Shown here piece by piece: positions 61,053 to 64,000 of a DNA stretch of 64,000 nt. The notes below the pieces were generated by a model that made no database searches, had not been told where the DNA came from, and saw only the letters and a program-made list of their open reading frames with translations. Position numbers and translations under genes: made by a program. The stretch lies in sequence record MN871440.1. The stretch is one strand, 5' to 3'. Positions within the stretch are counted from its first letter, which is position 1. Each line of letters opens with the position of its first letter.

Positions 61053-61667
61053 ATGAACAGAATCGGTACTAAAATTAGACAATTCACTATTATTGACATT
61101 TATGGTATTGACACCAGTGGTAACAAGGTGTATGCTTGTGTCTGTGATAAATGCACTAAGCGAAAAGGTCTGGGTCTGCCAGTATTTCCCGCTAAGTTCC
61201 AAGATATCAGTCGTATGCGTTGCTGGTGTGATCGCAAGTATCACTTCAACGACAAACAGCGCCAGAAGCTTGTGATGCAAAACTTGAGCAAGACTAAGTT
61301 CACACTATTTGCAGCGCCTTCGATTAAGGAGGAGTGGCACCGCGAGAGTCAGATAGCTTTGCAGTGCGAGTACGGTCACACTACATTTACAAAAGTTGGT
61401 AAAGTGATGTTCGATCAACCAAAATGTGATGTCTGTATCGGCATCGAAAAGAAAAAGCCGAAGCATCTTGCAGTTAAGATCGTTTCCGATTATGCTAAAT
61501 CAAACGGCTATGCAGTCAAACAAGTTTCTGGCTGGGCTGGTAACAGCACACAATACCAAGTGACTTGCAAACAACATGGCTCTTTTGATCTATCGTTGAC
61601 TCGCATCAAGAGTAATACCAGATGCGAAATTTGTAGCTCATACGAAAAGAGCCCCGCAGGGCTCTGA
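61053..61667 (+). CDS. multi Zn-ribbon protein, likely DNA-binding part of a homing endonuclease with no recognisable nuclease domain
   Basis: CVCDKC, RCWC, CEYGH, CDVC, CKQHG, CEIC; antisense within neck genes. Confidence 0.7.
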   Translation: MNRIGTKIRQFTIIDIYGIDTSGNKVYACVCDKCTKRKGLGLPVFPAKFQDISRMRCWCDRKYHFNDKQRQKLVMQNLSKTKFTLFAAPSIKEEWHRESQIALQCEYGHTTFTKVGKVMFDQPKCDVCIGIEKKKPKHLAVKIVSDYAKSNGYAVKQVSGWAGNSTQYQVTCKQHGSFDLSLTRIKSNTRCEICSSYEKSPAGL

Positions 61668-61668
61668 T

Positions 61669-62463
61669 TTAAAACGACTCCATATCATCAAAGGGATCGG
61701 ATGCGTCATTCGCGTCCGGTTTCTGATGTGTTGCAATCGGAGAACCTGTTCCGATAATGTTTTCGAACTCCTCAACAAAAGTCTCGGACTCTTCGTTGAA
61801 TGCATCGTCTTCGGCAAATTCGTCAAGACTAACATCAACTCTATGATCAAGAGCCTTGATCTGTGCTAATGGATCATCATCGCCAAGAATATAACGATTA
61901 GGGTCAAACTCTGGTTTGATCTCTTCGCCGCTATAAATGAATTTCTGTGCTGTGATACGATATTTTGCCAAACGTTCACGCTTGACCATAGGCGATATCG
62001 GCTCAACCCATGTAACTTCAAACAAGCTGTTATTCAGTGGGAAATAAATCAAGTCACCTTCTTTAGCTCGCTGTCCATCTGTTTGATGCTCAAACAACAT
62101 AGGGCTAACTGTAAAGCTAACCTCATCATTTACTTGCATACCAAACTTGGAAAAGAAATCTCGCTGCCCACTATATTCATCGAAACTTTCGAGATACATA
62201 GCAACTTTATAAGCTTTCTTAAATTTGGACTGCATATCTTCGCCAAATATTCGATCAAAGTTCACAAATTCACGACGAATATAATAAACCTCAACTCCAT
62301 TCATTTGTACCGATTCTGCCACCAACATTTCTTGCAATGATAAAGTCGGACCATATTCATGCTTATTCACATAAGGGTTAAGCACACTGTCTTGATAAGT
62401 CTTATTGTACCCAGCTCCCGTTTCGAGCTGGGCGAACATGCTTTTATTTCTAGCGAACATCAT
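61669..62463 (-). CDS. 14: neck protein
   Basis: VLNPYVN..LVAESVQMNG..EDMQSKF..EGDLIYFPLNNSLFE; start ATG 62463 after GGAG. Confidence 0.95.
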   Translation of the reverse strand: MMFARNKSMFAQLETGAGYNKTYQDSVLNPYVNKHEYGPTLSLQEMLVAESVQMNGVEVYYIRREFVNFDRIFGEDMQSKFKKAYKVAMYLESFDEYSGQRDFFSKFGMQVNDEVSFTVSPMLFEHQTDGQRAKEGDLIYFPLNNSLFEVTWVEPISPMVKRERLAKYRITAQKFIYSGEEIKPEFDPNRYILGDDDPLAQIKALDHRVDVSLDEFAEDDAFNEESETFVEEFENIIGTGSPIATHQKPDANDASDPFDDMESF

Positions 62464-63143
62464 AACTCTCCGTTTCGTTTGTGTTTGTTGATATGTTGAG
62501 TATATTTTCCTTGACTCTTTATCATTTTTCCACAAACGGGACACTCTAATACTGGCCAATTTGTAGCAATTTCAGATCTCTTTTGTTTATATTCTGGCGT
62601 CTGCTTTACTGCCACGACGTTCTCTATCCAACTATCTGGGAATTTTCTGTTCTTCAACCCAGCGTCGTATCTAGCTCTCTTTTCTGGATCGGAAAATTGT
62701 AGTTTTGTCATTTTCGATAGATGCGCTCTTTGTTCATCATTTGAAAATCTTCTTTTTGCTCCATCCGATACTTTCTTTCTAAATTCTTCCGAAGTATTAG
62801 TCAATATACAAGCCTGTTTATGTTTTTCTCTTATCTTCAAAGAGGTCTGCCCGGACCACATATCACCACCCTTTCCTCCAACGGCGATATTATAAGTATC
62901 TTCTCTTAGAACGAACTTCAAGTTAACATATTCTCGTTCTGCACACTCCAGATCATTTCGTGTGTCATATGTCGCAATAACACGCTTCTCAAAGTTTTCT
63001 ATGCCATATTTTGAAATAGCATATTTTATTCTGACACCACTACCCATATACGGGTCATTTTCTATTGGGCACTTGCAAGTGCGAATGCCCACATAGATCA
63101 TGTTGTTTATTACGTTTTTTATTTCATACAAATAATGATTCAT
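62460..63143 (-). mobile_element. free-standing Seg-type GIY-YIG homing endonuclease
   Basis: YLYEIKN..IYVGIR..YMGSG..YGIENFEK..E..TYNIAVGG; C-terminal CPVCG..H..H. Confidence 0.92.
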
Positions 63144-63147
63144 TTGA

Positions 63148-64000
63148 TTAACCCATATATACGCCAAGTGGCTCTTCCAAAAGCATAAGCTCCTGTCTCA
63201 ATACTTCTTTTTCTTGTCTTGCTTCTTCGATCAGTCTGGTGCCATCAACAGTAACACCACCCGGCAATTGCATCCCTTGATGTTTAGCTAAGATCTCACC
63301 CCAAATCTCTTTTGTGAGTGTTGTAGAGTAGTCTTTAACCCAGCGCACATTATAGCACCCCTGATCTGGGAACTCGCTCCTAGCCTGCCCTGCGACGTTT
63401 GCCGGCATTCTAGCGTATGGGTTAAGCCATTTGTCTTTATCGTTCGCAGTTGTTGAACCGCCAGCGACGATTCCAGCACCCGCAATACCACGAACAGAAC
63501 GTTCAATCTCGACAAAGTTCTGAACATGAACTTCCATGATGATTAAATCGTTCTCCATGAAATTCTTACCAGTGATCTGAACAATCCCATTAACTGGGTC
63601 TAGCCAATAGTCAGGCAGCGGGTCAAGCTGGTCCATCATCAAGTTTTGATAACTTTGAAACTGTGCAAAGAACCCAATATTACCAAGAGCCCCGAATGGG
63701 CCATGATAACTAATCCCTTGTGGTCCACCGCCTAAGGTAGTTAGAAAGTCGGTGAAAAAGTTCAAAGTTGCGCCACCACCGAGTCCACCCCAAAGCATAG
63801 ACTTTTGACGAATAATCTTGGTAATAGCGAAAATAGGATAAGCAGATACATCAATATATCCAGTTGCTGCTTGTTCTGCTGTTAGTTTAACCGTGATGTA
63901 AGCTTTATTCAAGCCATCATAGTGATATTCTTTATATAGTTCAAGTGCGCGACCGATGCAATCATAAATCTGATCCTCGGTTACTTCAACTTGAATAACA
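63148..64000 (-). CDS. 13: neck protein (5' end outside window)
   Basis: VEVTEDQIYDCIGRALELY..GCYNVRWVKDY..QLPGGVTVDG. Confidence 0.95.
   Translation of the reverse strand, partial: VIQVEVTEDQIYDCIGRALELYKEYHYDGLNKAYITVKLTAEQAATGYIDVSAYPIFAITKIIRQKSMLWGGLGGGATLNFFTDFLTTLGGGPQGISYHGPFGALGNIGFFAQFQSYQNLMMDQLDPLPDYWLDPVNGIVQITGKNFMENDLIIMEVHVQNFVEIERSVRGIAGAGIVAGGSTTANDKDKWLNPYARMPANVAGQARSEFPDQGCYNVRWVKDYSTTLTKEIWGEILAKHQGMQLPGGVTVDGTRLIEEARQEKEVLRQELMLLEEPLGVYMG

Overview
64 kb segment of a T4-like myophage genome (Straboviridae-type). The gp23 and gp17 sequences, the CTAAATA late promoters, the sigma70-like early promoters and the gene order suggest an Aeromonas Aeh1-like lineage; this is inference, no search was run. 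The + strand (0.9-46.9 kb) carries early/middle replication, nucleotide-metabolism, RNA-repair and accessory genes: rnh, dsbA, 33, 59, 32, frd, td, denA, rnlA, CCA enzyme, NMNAT-Nudix, macrodomain, spanins, pseT, cd, 31, rIII, 30.3/30.2-like, 30, dda, uvsY, rnlB, inh. The - strand carries late genes: 34 (partial), alt, uvsW, 24, 23, 22, 21, 68, 67, 20, 19, 18, 17, 16, 15, 14, 13 (partial). Most notable: the essential terminase gene 17 is broken into two overlapping ORFs by an atypically split intein. The 33-aa IntN ends the first ORF, and a GIY-YIG homing endonuclease is fused in frame in front of IntC and the C-extein in the second. Also seen: a dispersed hairpin element shared by two loci, one of them driving an antisense Zn-finger ORF; a start-less, capsid-like ORF in frame behind the rIII UGA stop; duplicated promoter+HTH cassettes; a set of NAD/ADP-ribose enzymes; and two frameshifted accessory genes. 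No tRNA, rRNA or CRISPR array was recognised.
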